This document shows, one piece after another, positions 1 through 13,014 of a DNA stretch of 64,000 nt. The position numbers and the translations under genes were made by a program. The notes under the pieces are model-generated. The model was not told the origin of the DNA. It did no database searches and worked only from the letters and a program-made list of their open reading frames with translations. The DNA is from Octopus bimaculoides (lineage: Eukaryota). Within the stretch, counting starts at the first letter, position 1, and each line of letters starts with the position of its first letter. The stretch is taken from NCBI RefSeq assembly GCF_001194135.2, contig NC_068989.1, positions 8,342,052 to 8,406,051 on the forward strand, written 5' to 3'.

Positions 1-90
1 TCTTCTTTTATTTCTATCTTTAACTTGTCTCAGTCATTAGACTGCGACCATGCTGGGGCACCGCCTTCAAGGATTTTAGTCGAACGAATT
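1..90 (-). mobile_element. SINE family A, 3' end
   Basis: The reverse complement reads ...ttgaaggcggtgccccagcatggtcgcagtctaatgactgagacaagttaaaga, matching the plus-strand copy at 62781-62850 (aaaggcggtgatccagcatggccgcagtcaaatgactgaaacaagtaaaaga). Confidence 0.8.
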
Positions 91-517
91 CACAACTGTA
101 GCTGTAGTGGTGAACAAATACAGTTACAGAGATATATATAGACACATTTATATAATAGAAAAATTGTAGTTCTGAAGATGTATATGACGGTCTTTCTATT
201 GCCCTGACCTAACCGCTGTCGCAATAGAGTTCTGCATTCTATATAATCCCAGATATAAACTATAGTTTATTGCGTAACGGCCGTTACCATGTCAGTCATA
301 TCAGTTCATACACACACAAAAACACACACACACACATCCACAAGCATACCGTCAAACACATACGTCACACACGTAAAGCTGGCTATTATCACTAGCCTAT
401 AACATCGGCCGATAAACTTTATTATTGGTAAGTTTTTTTAATATGTAGTGTTTTAATTAAGGAAAACACAAATTATGCCTGTAGTTGCATATACGCAAAT
501 GGATATAGACAGAGGAA

Positions 518-555
518 CAAGCGTATATGAATATATATGTATATAAATATATACG

Positions 556-592
<37 letters not shown>

Positions 593-875
593 ATGTGTGT
601 GTATAATGATGAAATGTCCTGTGTCATAAAAAGTGTTAGCTTATAGAAAGACATGCATAGCTACATAAAGACAGGTACACGTGAGAAGAGATACGTAAAC
701 ATTCGCATATTCACATCTAAAAATATATACATTACTCGCGAATATACATAATTATCGACTACCATCCATCTATCCATCCATCCATCCATCCATCTATGCA
801 CCCGTCAATGTCTTTGTGTGTGAGTGTGTGCGTGCGTGTGAGTGTGCGTGTATATATATATATATATATATACAT

Positions 876-932
<57 letters not shown>

Positions 933-1068
933 TACATATATATATATATATATGTACACACACACATGTACGCACACACATATATATACACACATATATG
1001 TATAGATATATACATATAAATATATATATGGATATATATATGTACATATGTAGTACATGTATATATAC

Positions 1069-1099
<31 letters not shown>

Positions 1100-1581
1100 C
1101 ACATACACATTTACAAACATATACATGAACGCACACACACTTATGAAAACACACACACTCACATACACGCACACAAACACACACATACACACACACACAC
1201 ACAAACACACATGTATATATGCATATAGAAGAACACTTAGCTATGCATGTAAACAATACACCGTTACACGTAGATATATTCATATGTCCATTCGTCCATT
1301 CATCCGGCCGATGGCCTGTCTATGTATAAAACCTATATACACACATAAAAATGTATAGCTGATATCCTGGTATTTCAGTCTGATCAGGATAGGAGAAATG
1401 TGCAGAAAATATATGAGAGAATAGCTAGTGTTAATGCGGTCTGTCAGCACATACGCATGCAAAGATTTAGCAGCATACATACATACATACATACATACAT
1501 ACATGTATTTAGATCCATATATACACACATATATATGTATATAGATACAGACATTCATACATACACACACATAAATATATG

Positions 1582-1633
<52 letters not shown>

Positions 1634-1797
1634 AATCCATGTATATATATATATATACATATATATGTATACATGTATGTATATATATATGTATATATAT
1701 GTGTATATATACGCACATATATGTACACATATATACATATATATATAAGATATATGTATATATACATGTATGTATCTACATATGTATGTATATATAC

Positions 1798-1840
<43 letters not shown>

Positions 1841-1890
1841 TACATATGTAAGTATATATTCGTGTATATATATGTATATATATATTCACG

Positions 1891-1949
<59 letters not shown>

Positions 1950-2030
1950 ACATACACATTAAGGCACACACATATATATATAAGAAAATATATGTACATG
2001 AATGTATATACACATATACATACCTGCATA
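518..2030. repeat. Compound (TA)n/(CA)n/(TG)n/(CCAT)n/(CATA)n microsatellite cluster
   Basis: Directly visible dinucleotide and tetranucleotide arrays at about 518-600, 762-1220 and 1484-2030. They generate all the YIYI/THTH/CVCV ORFs here. Confidence 0.95.
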
Positions 2031-2318
2031 GTGTATGAATGAACCAGTCTATATTCGTACAATGAATTTTATTTTTGTTACTACATATTACTATTATATA
2101 CAACCCAATCAGTCTGCAACCAGACAGGTCAGTATACTATGAGCGCCATTCAGGCTTAAATAATTTAACAAAGCATCCATAACTGCGACATATTTCCGGC
2201 AACATGATTGATTTATGAACATAGTGGAAAGCATACAATATGTGTGTGCGTGTTGTATATTGTGTGTGTGTACGCGCGTGTATATATGAGTACAGATATA
2301 TGCATATCCAAAGATGTG

Positions 2319-2359
<41 letters not shown>

Positions 2360-2369
2360 NNNNNNNNNN

Positions 2370-2410
<41 letters not shown>

Positions 2411-4169
2411 GAAAACGGGGACTCGGTAAGTCTTGGCGAACACTTAGCACACACGAATAGTATATTGTACAGGTAAGGTAATCAGAAAAAACTTATTCAG
2501 TTAATCCAAGTAACATTCCATTCAACTGAATATTCCGAAAAATATACCGCTTATGTGGTTTATACAGTCATCGTATAGCATTAAATTAACCAATAGAATA
2601 ATGAAGAAGGCGGTATTTCACTTTTTAGTCATCAGTAGTGTTTTTTACATGAATTCTCTGATGGGCTGTTAATATGAATTATATAAATCCATACAAGTTT
2701 ATATTAACATTTCACTAGTCATTTCTTCAAACTAATTTATGTGTGGTAATACTAAATTTGATACTGCCCTTTATATCAGATATCAGGTTATTTAATGTAA
2801 TTAGGAAGGTTAAGTTATGAATTAGAAACATCGGGTTGTTACGTTATCAGAAAATCAGTGAAGGAGGGAGACTATAGATAGATTTTCTTAGTAGTTCCCC
2901 AGACTAAGTCTAGTGTAACTGCTCAGGTCTACAACATAATGGCAGATGAAGAACCGACTCTTTTATTGTACTCATGGTATTGAAGCAGAGATAAGTTAGG
3001 AATGGAAGCGGAAATGTTCGAAGAAACTGAAGTTTACTTCTACTCTTAGAATAATGCCTTAAATCGAGAGTTACAAGGCGTAAAGGAAACACGGCAAGAT
3101 TAAAATGTTTCTAAACTATAAGGGAAAGAACTGCGTGCTAAAGTAAATGCAAAGGATATTGTTCATAATTATGAACAGAGAGGCTTTTGATCACTTACCA
3201 ACAGACTAAATAATTCGATTAGTTATGTAGCGAATTATTAATGCAGGGAGTTTCGAGAATATAATGGACGTTACATAAATTTATCATTGATGATGTGAAA
3301 ATTAGCAAGAAGAATAACGACGTTATCCATAACAACAATTAGTTCAATTAATTTGGTTAATCGTAGTTTTTAAGAATGTTTTATTAAATCGATGGGAACA
3401 CCTGAGCAATAATTCATCATATCGGTTTATTAAATTAGATTCATATTTAAATATCCCCTGTGACATAGAATATAGTCGAAACTATCCCACCACCTTTATA
3501 TTGACGTGCAGGGCGTATAATTAACTACAGTATGGAATAATGAATTATCTCCATTTGACGTCCCCAATTAATTTAGCTAATAAGGTGCTAAGTGCTTTTT
3601 CATGTTTAATGGAGTTTACTTTATTCGATGTCATAACTGAGCATTTATACATTAAATGAGTTCTAAGACAGTGGTTAGTGAATGGGCATTAGGCAGGATC
3701 CTTACAGTGACACACCTTACATGAAAGATATTTTCTGGAGAATCATTGTTGAGTTTTTTGCGTGATTGTATGAGTCTGACTGCCAAAGCCTAATATCAAA
3801 CTTCATTTTTACCTTACATTACACGTTTAGCTCTATTGTTCTTCCCTGAAACAGGAGAAGGGTATAAGAAGCGACAACACGTGTGTGTTAATTACGATTC
3901 GTGTTGGAAAATATTTTGAACTTGACTGTTAATGAGCACGTCTTCTAATTTTCTTAGTTTTTTTTTCCTTACTCCGATGAAAGACAACAGTTAAAATCAC
4001 AAGATATTCTTAGACTTCTTTTCTTATAGCGAGCAAAGTTTATACCGATTTTGGATCTTCAGCTTTTTGTTTGTGTTGTTTCCAATATAACTCCTTGATT
4101 TTTACAGCAAGGAGCTGGATATTAGACATTGTCTCTTTGATTACAATTAATCGTTATTCAGAATACGTG

Positions 4170-4171
<2 letters not shown>

Positions 4172-4221
<50 letters not shown>

Positions 4222-4270
4222 ACACACACACACCCACACACACACACCCACGCACACAATCGCACACTCA
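4172..4270. repeat. (CA)n microsatellite
   Basis: Directly visible. Confidence 0.95.
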
Positions 4271-4809
4271 TACACGCACATAAGTGCGTACAATATATAA
4301 TAGATAGAGAAGTAGTGAGAAAGATAGAGTTAGGGAGAAAAATACATACATTTATAAATTTGTATGCATACATATCTGCATAAACATGCAAACACACGCG
4401 CTAGCACGCACACAGTCAATCCTGCATGTATATTTGGGGTTCGGTAACTGTGTTCGCAAACTGATATCTCCGAGTGCGTATGCCTTTCGAAGTGACGTAA
4501 TCAATACGAATGTAGATGACGCCACACGATATAGTTTTTGTGCGCAAGTTTAACAGAGATAATGATATTTATGTCTCTCCAAATGGTTTTGAAATCATAA
4601 ATGTATCGACATAATAACTTCTGCATATAACACACGCTTGATGCATATGAATCACAGATTCTAAACGTTCTGAATGCTCATTAATACCTGATAAGTTTAA
4701 TTTCATTAATTAGTTTTGTTTATCTGTTTACTGAAGTAGTTGTTCCTGCAGCAAACAAAGAAACATTCCTATCGTCACCGTTTCTGACAAAGACAATCAA
4801 TGACGATTC

Positions 4810-4928
4810 CACAAGGCTCCGGCAGGGGATGGTGGTGAACCCTGCTGTACTCTTTCACCACAACTTTCTCTCACTCTTACTTCCTGTTTCTGTTGTGCCT
4901 GTAATTCAAAGGGCCAGCCTTGTCACAC
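4810..4928 (+). mobile_element. SINE family C, internal fragment
   Basis: Ends in cctgtaattcaaagggccagccttgtcacac, the reverse complement of gtgtgacaaggctgaccctttgaattacagg in the copy at 13015-13197. Confidence 0.65.
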
Positions 4929-5655
4929 AGAGGTGCATACACACACGCTTACACACAGACACACATATACACACACATGAATGTTTGTTTATTTACAAAT
5001 AAGAGATAGATACTGATGTCAAAATAGATGTTTTTGTGTTACGATGGGGCAGAATGTAAAATACAAGACTTTTTATTCTTGCTGTCATATTAGAAAAGTT
5101 TAAAGACGCGGCATTATATGTGCTGTCTAACTTATTTACAAACATACACGTATATATACACAGCCACGCACACGTCTCTCAGCAAATTTGTTTGTCTAAT
5201 TGTCAAACGCTGACGTAATATTATAATACATGATAAATGTTGTCATAGTAACACGTCTAATCCTGTCATAGCTTGATGAATTCTATTTTTTAACATCTAG
5301 GAAACTAAAAATAATTTTCATATATTAATTTCAATCAGTACGATGGAAGTTCTACAAATATCCAAAGATTCTTCTCTAAACTTATTGATTTGTCTGTTCA
5401 ATTTGTATTTAAATGAGTTTAATGAAGTTTTGTTATTCTGTACGGAAATATTTCTTCTCTTTATTTTTACTGTTGTTTTTTATTCTTATCACAGAATATA
5501 TCATCATAGTCCACTTCTTATGAAGTTTCTCATTAGTTTCCAACGTAATTTTCTCACACTGATTTCGTGTCATCGTTATATATTGTCAAACAAAACACTA
5601 GGGCTGCTGCGTTTACATACACACACGCATACATACATACATAGAGAGATAACCA

Positions 5656-5790
5656 GATAGATAGATAAATAGATAAATAGATACATTTATAGATAGAAAG
5701 ATAGATAGATACATAGATACATAGATAGACAACCAGACAGACAAACAGATAGATTGACAGACAAATAGATAGATAGATAGATAGATAGAC

Positions 5791-5857
<67 letters not shown>

Positions 5858-5880
5858 CATATGGACAGGCAGATAGATAT
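5656..5880. repeat. (AGAT)n microsatellite, left flank of mariner relic
   Basis: Directly visible. Confidence 0.95.
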
Positions 5881-7145
5881 TAGCTTATCCAGAATGTCCT
5901 TAGAGTTTATTAATATGCAAAACGGGATATAAATAATTGACCTTTCGATAAATTGTTTTAAAAGAAATAATTTCCATTATTATTAATGACTTTTGCCCAT
6001 CTATCAGGCAATTTAAATATTCCATCAGCATAAAATTTGACTTGTTTTGAAGACGAAAAAAAACAACGTTATCTAGATGCATCTAAATCGTTAAATATTT
6101 TTCCTTCCAATGAATTCAGTAAGAACACAGACAAGTGGTAGTCGGATGATGCAATATCAGGAAGTTATGGTGGATGGGGTAAGAGATCCCAACCAAGATC
6201 ATGTAACTTCATTCGGGTAGCCAAAGTACATGTGTTTGGGCATTGTCTTGTTCGATCACTACTCCTTACCTGTTGGCAATCTCTGGCCTCAATTGTTTGA
6301 ATTTTTGGTTCAAATTAGCCAGATGACAGAACACATTAGAATTAATAGTCTGGTTTCGTGAGAGAAGCTCATAATAAATAATGCCTTTATGTTCCCACCA
6401 AAAACAAAGTATAGCTTTTGGGACATGGATATTCGTCTTTGGCTGCTGTTTTAAGGGATCCTTACGCAAAATCCAGGATTCATTTCGCACTACGTTTTCA
6501 TACATCTCCAGTCACAAGTTGTTTAAAAAAAGGCATGTTTTCATTCCGTTTGGAAAGCATATCATAAACGGAATACCGGTCCAAGGATTTCTTCTCTGAG
6601 AGTTCGTGAAGATCTCATACATTAATTTTAAAAAATGTATCCTAGCTTCACTAAGTGTTCATGAGCCGTACTTTTAGAAACTTCCAACTCCTCTGCAAGT
6701 TGTCTAGTCGTTATATTCGAGTTTACGTCGATTTTTGCCTTCAAAACATTCTTCATGAAATTTTAAAGATCTTCCACGGCGGCTGTCATCTTCTACGTTA
6801 AACTCTCCAGTTTTAACTTTAGCAAACCACCTTAGAACAGTTGATTCACCTACAGCATCATCACCATAAACTTCACAAATATTTTTGCAAGTCTTTGCAG
6901 CATTTTTTCCTGTTTTTCAAAAAAGAAAAGCATTACAACGCGAATATGAAATTTTTGGTAATCCATTTCAAATGTCAATAAAAGCTAACCAGAAGGAAAG
7001 ATAAATCTGTTTTTAGTCAGGAGCAAAGAAGAGATGCACTACCACTTCAATCAACGCCTAAGTTTTAACTGTTGCGTTTCAGGTGTGTTCAATGAAGCAT
7101 TAAAAGATTTATCTTAAAAACGCTCAGAACTTGCCGGACAACTGA
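5881..7145 (-). mobile_element. Degenerate full-length mariner (DD34D) transposon, about 1.26 kb
   Basis: Minus-strand translation gives LVTGD...YENVVR...LCFWWEHKGIIYYELL (ORF 6266-6505) and LLPHPP*LPDIASSDYHL, a decayed YSPDLAPSDYHLF motif. It has multiple stops and frameshifts. Termini are weakly complementary (tagcttatccagaatgtcc versus rc tcagttgtccggcaagttc). Confidence 0.85.
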
Positions 7146-7148
7146 ACA

Positions 7149-7173
7149 GATAGATAAATAGATAGACAGATAG

Positions 7174-7248
<75 letters not shown>
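7149..7248. repeat. (AGAT)n microsatellite, right flank of mariner relic
   Basis: Directly visible. Confidence 0.95.
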
Positions 7249-7249
<1 letters not shown>

Positions 7250-7705
7250 TTCAATTTATTTCCGTGCCCGCGCAAGTTTTTGTGTGCGTATATAGTGAGA
7301 TTATTTCCAAATAATGAATCTAACTGCAGTCGCTGCAATATCGATTGATTCTCCTTTTAACATTGGTTTCAAAAGTGTGGAAGTCAACGGGTAGCTTGAA
7401 CTGAACTTTGATTCAAGACATAAACAAACATAAATAGTGATTTACGCGCCACCCGAGGTTAGATGACTTAATGGTGTTGATTGTCAGTTTAAACGCCTCT
7501 TCTTTGTCTACTCTAACAAAATAGATCCACCAAAGACAGAAGCAGTGATTTGGCGTTGTGACATTTTGCGATTTCTGGAGCTATGACATTTTGCTGCGCC
7601 AACTCAATAACTGTTGTACATACTACATAGCACACTTTCAAACAGAACATGCTGCAGACACATACGATTGGTAAATCCTACAGATGTCGAGTTTCGGAAG
7701 CAAAA

Positions 7706-7707
<2 letters not shown>

Positions 7708-7760
<53 letters not shown>
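7708..7760. repeat. (GTA)n microsatellite
   Basis: Directly visible. Confidence 0.95.
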
Positions 7761-7761
<1 letters not shown>

Positions 7762-7835
7762 ACTGAGCACCATGTGTATATGCTTATACTGTATACATGT
7801 CTGTATATATGTATTTATGTATGTGTTTATGTATG

Positions 7836-7963
7836 CATTATTTACATTTGTCCTCATCTTGTTTGTTGTTAACACAACGTTTCGGCTGTTATACCTTCCA
7901 GCCTTCATCAGGTGTCTTGGGGAAATTTCGAACCTGGGTTCTCATTCCCAATGTATTTTTCGA

Positions 7964-8018
<55 letters not shown>
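7836..8018 (-). mobile_element. Hammerhead-bearing short retroelement (Penelope-like tail preceded by (TAA)n), copy 1
   Basis: Homologous to 60385-60547 and 15083-15164 in this window. The minus strand reads (TAA)n-catcgaaaaatacattgggaatgagaacccaggttcgaaatttccccaagacac-ctgatga...gaaacgttgtgttaacaacaaacaagatgaggacaaatgtaaataatg. Confidence 0.75.
7871..7916 (-). ncRNA. Minimal type I hammerhead ribozyme
   Basis: The minus strand reads GACAC-CUGAUGA-A-GGCUG-GAAGGUAUAA-CAGCC-GAA-ACGU-U-GUGUU. Stem I is GACAC/GUGUU and stem II is GGCUG/CAGCC. The CUGAUGA and GAAA cores are intact. A palindromic ACGU replaces helix III, and the cleavage triplet is GUU. Confidence 0.75.
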
Positions 8019-8239
8019 NNNNNNNNNNNNNNNNNNNNNNNNNNNNNNNNNNNNNNNNNNNNNNNNNNNNNNNNNNNNNNNNNNNNNNNNNNNNNNNNNN
8101 NNNNNNNNNNNNNNNNNNNNNNNNNNNNNNNNNNNNNNNNNNNNNNNNNNNNNNNNNNNNNNNNNNNNNNNNNNNNNNNNNNNNNNNNNNNNNNNNNNNN
8201 NNNNNNNNNNNNNNNNNNNNNNNNNNNNNNNNNNNNNNN

Positions 8240-8500
8240 TGCAGTGCCCAGTAGTGCAATTTTCTGTATGTTATATATATTTGTAAGTCCTGGTGTTTTT
8301 GTTATGTATTTGTCTGAATATTTTTTTATTATACCTAAGGCACCTACTATGATAGGAATTGTTTCTGTTTTTAGATTCCACATTCGAGTTATCTCTATTT
8401 CCAGGTCTTTGTATTTTGAAAGTTTTTCTATTTCTTTTAGAGAAACGTTGTCATCTGCTGGTATTGATACATCAATTAGAAAGCATTTTTTTTCTTCTTC
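8240..8500 (-). mobile_element. 5'-truncated R4/Dong-type LINE, restriction-like endonuclease C-terminus
   Basis: Translation EEKKCFLIDVSIPADDNVSLKEIEKLSKYKDLEIEITRMWNLKTETIPIIVGALGIIKK...IQKIALLGTA is the D..D-x-K..KY..L RLE region of site-specific non-LTR elements. It runs into the gap 8019-8239. Confidence 0.88.
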
Positions 8501-8685
8501 AGTACTGGACAACTCATCTGCTAGAGATGGCAATAGAACACTTTTTTCAAGCGAATACACAGTCGCTGATTTTGCAACAAGCAGAAATTCTAGGTATAAA
8601 ATCTCTCTAAGAGATCAACGCAGTAGTTGTACTAACAAGTAATATTCGTAGCCATTTTAACATGAGAGTCCATTCGAACTTATTT

Positions 8686-8774
8686 AATCGGTTCCTATTG
8701 CCGAACCACTAATTTACGGGGACGTGAACACACCAGCATCGATAGTCAAGCGATGATGGGGGTACAAACACATG

Positions 8775-8831
<57 letters not shown>

Positions 8832-8867
8832 GTATATATACGACGGGCTCATTTCAGNNNNNNNNNN

Positions 8868-8922
<55 letters not shown>

Positions 8923-9082
8923 GTATATATACGACGGGCTCATTTCAGTTCCCGTCTACCAAATCCACCCTTAAGGCTTTGGTCAGCCAGAGGCTATAGT
9001 AGAAGGCTTGCCCAAGGTGCCACGTGTGGGACTGAACCCAGAACTATGTGGTTTGCAAGCAAGTTACTTACCACAAACCCAC
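8686..9082 (-). mobile_element. SINE family A (tRNA-like head, internal TA/TG microsatellite)
   Basis: The rc has gtggtaagtaacttgcttgcaaaccacatagttctgggttcagtcccacacgtggcaccttgggcaag...gatttggtagacgggaactgaaatgagcccgtcg. It is shared with copies at 48276 and 60078. Confidence 0.85.
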
Positions 9083-10464
9083 TTCTGTGCCATACGTACA
9101 AATTTCATATACACTATTTCTATAATATTATGGTGGAATTTCAGAACTATTTATTGATGTAACTTGCAAAACTACACATTTCAAATACACGTTGTGTAAG
9201 ATGGTTTTGAAATCCGGCTATGACTGTACGGAGACATTGCATATATTTATATATCCAAAATATGTGTGTGTGTGTGTGCTTCTGTGTTTGTGTGTATATA
9301 CATACATGAATACCTATATGTGTATGTCTGTGTGAATGCATGCGTGTGCGTGTGTGTGTGTTTGTGTGAAAAACATGCTGCTTTTCGACGAACGAAAGAA
9401 AAATGTACTCTATGAATGTTGATTATATTTTTACCCGGATTTCTTTCTCTTACCATCTCTTACGGATTTCTTTCTCTTCCAAGTCAAAGCGATCGCTGGA
9501 TGACATTTTCTATTCAAGTGTTTTTGTTTTCTCATACGAATCTCGGTGTTACTCATACATTTGTCTGTTTTTCTCATATCTGCTGGTTGATCTCTGGTGT
9601 TTCTTTTCGTTCTGATGTTATTAATACTAGTATGTAATTTTCTGTTTATTTGGTTAGTTCCTAAAGCTTTGTTTCTCATCTTATTTTATTTGACCCTTAA
9701 AACATTACCAAGATATGTATTTTGCTTTTATTGACTATCTTAATATTTGCGACGTTCTAGTAATTGCTTATGACGTTCTTGTCTTACGTCTCTGCTGCTT
9801 TTGTGTTTATAAACGTTTTTGGTTAAGATCAGCCAGTATAAACATATCGTTTAAACAAAAGAACAAACCAACTACGAGATAGGTGAAACAACAGAAATAC
9901 TGATAAATAGCTTCTGCCTCAGAATCCGTCTGCCTCTGTACATAGAAACTAGATAATGCCAGATGAGCAAGGTAGAAAAGTAACTAAAGACTAGCCATCA
10001 ATTTTTTCCAGTTATTTGCTAGAGTAACTATATTCTCGTCTATTTTACAGCTAATTTCTAGAATATGACATTTTATATACAACTATAATATTTGAACTGA
10101 TACAGACAGTGCAATTTATGTATATATGTAATCACTGTGTTGCATAATTAATCATAATTTATATAATAACACCAAATTAAAAAATGAGACAGTTTTACGG
10201 CTATATATTTAAGTATAATTTCAAGTCGCAGAAAACAAGAATATAAACTGAAATAAAAGCAAACAACCAATAACGATCAATAATATCTTCTATCTACATA
10301 GCAAATGGAAATATTTCTACTGCGGGAAACAGCAGTCGTTCAATATATCTAGATGGATTTGGGATCAATACATACCAGTAGGTTCTCTGTTTGCTTCCGG
10401 TGGCGTCGAAAAGCAAGGTTACTCATTCGGAACGTTGTGGTAATAATTCTTTCAAATTTATCTG

Positions 10465-10845
10465 GGAGGGAGATAGTCGATTACATCTACCTTGGTGCTC
10501 AACTGGTATCTTTTTTTTTTATCAACCTCGAAAGGATGAAACACAATGTTGACATCAGCTAGATTTGACCTAAGAGCATAAATGTCAGAAAAATATCTGC
10601 TAAGCATACTGTCTGACGTGCTAAAGATTGCACCGGCTCGCTGCCTTCGAGCATTCTGATAATATTAATTCCAGATTTTGGCACACGGTCACCAATTTCA
10701 GAGAAGGGAATAATTCGATTACATCCATCTTAGTCTTCAGGCAAAGACGACCTCGGCGGAATTTGAGCTTAGAACTTTAAGATGGACAAAATTTCGCTGA
10801 GTACTTTACCTGGGGTGCTAACGATTCTGGTAACTCACTTCCCTT
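10465..10845 (-). mobile_element. Two tandem degraded SINE family B copies
   Basis: Motifs tcgattacatc...gaaaggatgaaa...gacctcggcggaatttga...gctaacg match the better-preserved copies at 16438-16857. Confidence 0.65.
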
Positions 10846-11254
10846 CTGTATTGGGATAACATTGCTATGGGATCTTCAGCTAAGCGACAACCAATTTGAT
10901 CATTGAAACTTGTGAAATATCGAGTAAAGAGAGACTATGAATGTGTCGTTCATTAAAACATTGAGCGAAGCTGGTATCACAATATTGTTGTTCGCAAAAT
11001 AAAACTGTGGCTTATTTACCGAGAGACATAATGTTTACTGTGTTTGTGTGGTGGTTCTCGTAACGGGTAGAATTTGTATTAGTGATATGCAAAAAAAAAA
11101 GACAAAAAAAACGCTAATTTCCCTGAAAATTAGAACCATCAAATCATAGGTCTCATTGGTTCAGTGACCAGGTTCTACGGCGTATAAGCGAACGAGATCA
11201 CATTCCCTTGAACGGGGAAAAGCACGATATGCAAAGTTGATCATTTAGAATAGA

Positions 11255-11385
11255 GTGGACTGGAGCCACGTAAAATGAAGTGTTTTGCTCAAGAACATAA
11301 TGTATCAGCCGCTCCGGCAATGGCAATCACAACTACAAGATCGTGAGCGCAACACATAAACCGCGAGGCCATGCAACTTCACATT
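11255..11385 (-). mobile_element. SINE family D (tRNA head plus CORE-like segment), degraded
   Basis: gaagtgttttgctcaagaaca is shared with 35415-35436. The rc resembles tgttcttgagcaagac at 42230. Confidence 0.55.
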
Positions 11386-12103
11386 AGTGATATAGTGGGT
11401 GTTTAGACAATGTTTTATAGTCTGCGAGTATAACCGTAGGGATGCGGTGGCTGCAGTAATAGTGTGATACGGTTATAATGGTATGGGTATTGTCGTCAAA
11501 TGAGGTGGCGATGGAGATACGCAAAGCGACCATATATGAATTTTGTTAGATACAGATGTTGGTCAATAATATGGCGAAGAGAAGGAACGAAATGGCGGTA
11601 TGATGGTTTTAGTGAGCTGAAATGAATTTTCCCTCTTTTTTTCCTTCCTCAGAACAATATTAATAATTAAGTAGCAACTCTATTCACAAATTTATAGTAT
11701 TTACACAAACACACACATATACATAATACACACACAATTAAAGCAACAATAATGACAAAAACAATAATCTACAAATGATCGCAAAAACCTGAAGTGTTAT
11801 TAACAATGTATTTATTAATATCAGGTGTTTGGCTATTAATCACTTATTAAGTAAGAAGGAAACAACATATATTTTGCGATATAGTTATCTCGAGAATTTA
11901 TATACCTTCTAGATATCGCGTTATATTGCGTACGGCGAATCTTTACTCATTTTGTCATTGCAAAGTTGATGACATTGTTCAAGCCATTATTTTTCTTATT
12001 CATGTTCGTCGTATTCGCCACTGGATTGATTGTAGTCTTACTTAAAATACATATTACCACTGCAAGCTGACGTATTCATTTTTATGAAGAAAACGAATAA
12101 TAT

Positions 12104-12112
12104 GTATGTATG

Positions 12113-12199
<87 letters not shown>

Positions 12200-12430
12200 C
12201 CATACATACACACACATATATGAATATATACGTATGTATATGTATGTATATGTATGTATGTATGTATATGTATGTATGTATATATACGTATGTATATGTA
12301 TGTATGTATATATACGTATGTGTATGTATGAATGTATATGTATTTATGTATATGTATGTATGCGAGTATGTATGTATGTGTATATATATAAATATATATT
12401 TATATGTATATATATGTATATATATACATT
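12104..12430. repeat. (TA)n/(TATG)n compound microsatellite
   Basis: Directly visible. Confidence 0.95.
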
Positions 12431-13014
12431 TCTTATTTATTGATCTAAAGCTGAATCCTAATTGTGATGGCAGCTGCAATAAAATATTAATAATCGATTT
12501 CTCATCCCTTTTATCTTTCTGTGTTTCGATTATATTAGAGGGACTATAGAAAATTAATAAATAAATAAATAAATCTGTAGAACGACAGAGATAATGAAAG
12601 TACAACAAAAACATTCAACAAAATAACCAAGTTACAAACGGTTGCGGGGTGAGAAAACAAGCAATACTGACTTACCAAGGTACGAAATATCTTTATGGAA
12701 AAAGAGAAATTGTGGGAAAATATGTATTGGGAAATTACGTTCTAATAAGAATCGTGCGTGAATGAAATGAAAACTACAGTGGTACTGTAGGAATACGTAT
12801 GCCATAGAAGACGGTATGCTTAAGTATATGTTCATTTACGTGTCTGCGTATTTTAATATATAATTCGATGCTTACTTAAGTATGTGTTCGTTTGGTTGTG
12901 TGCGTGTTTCTGTATCTACGTATCTATAAAAATGTAGCAATGTTTACAAGCATAATTTCCCCTATACATAGCAAAGATACCGAAATACAACACATGCAGA
13001 AACAAATGCTGTTG

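Noticed and set aside
457-2476. Long YIYI/THTH/CVCV ORFs (also near 12054-12614, 35423-35701, 38788-39162, 53506-53727 and 54864-55729)
   Set aside because: These are translations of dinucleotide and tetranucleotide microsatellites that lack stops by composition. There is no coding signal.
8776-8948. Apparent tandem duplication of about 80 bp within the SINE A copy
   Set aside because: The two copies flank a 10-N gap (8858-8867), so this is most likely an unmerged contig overlap.
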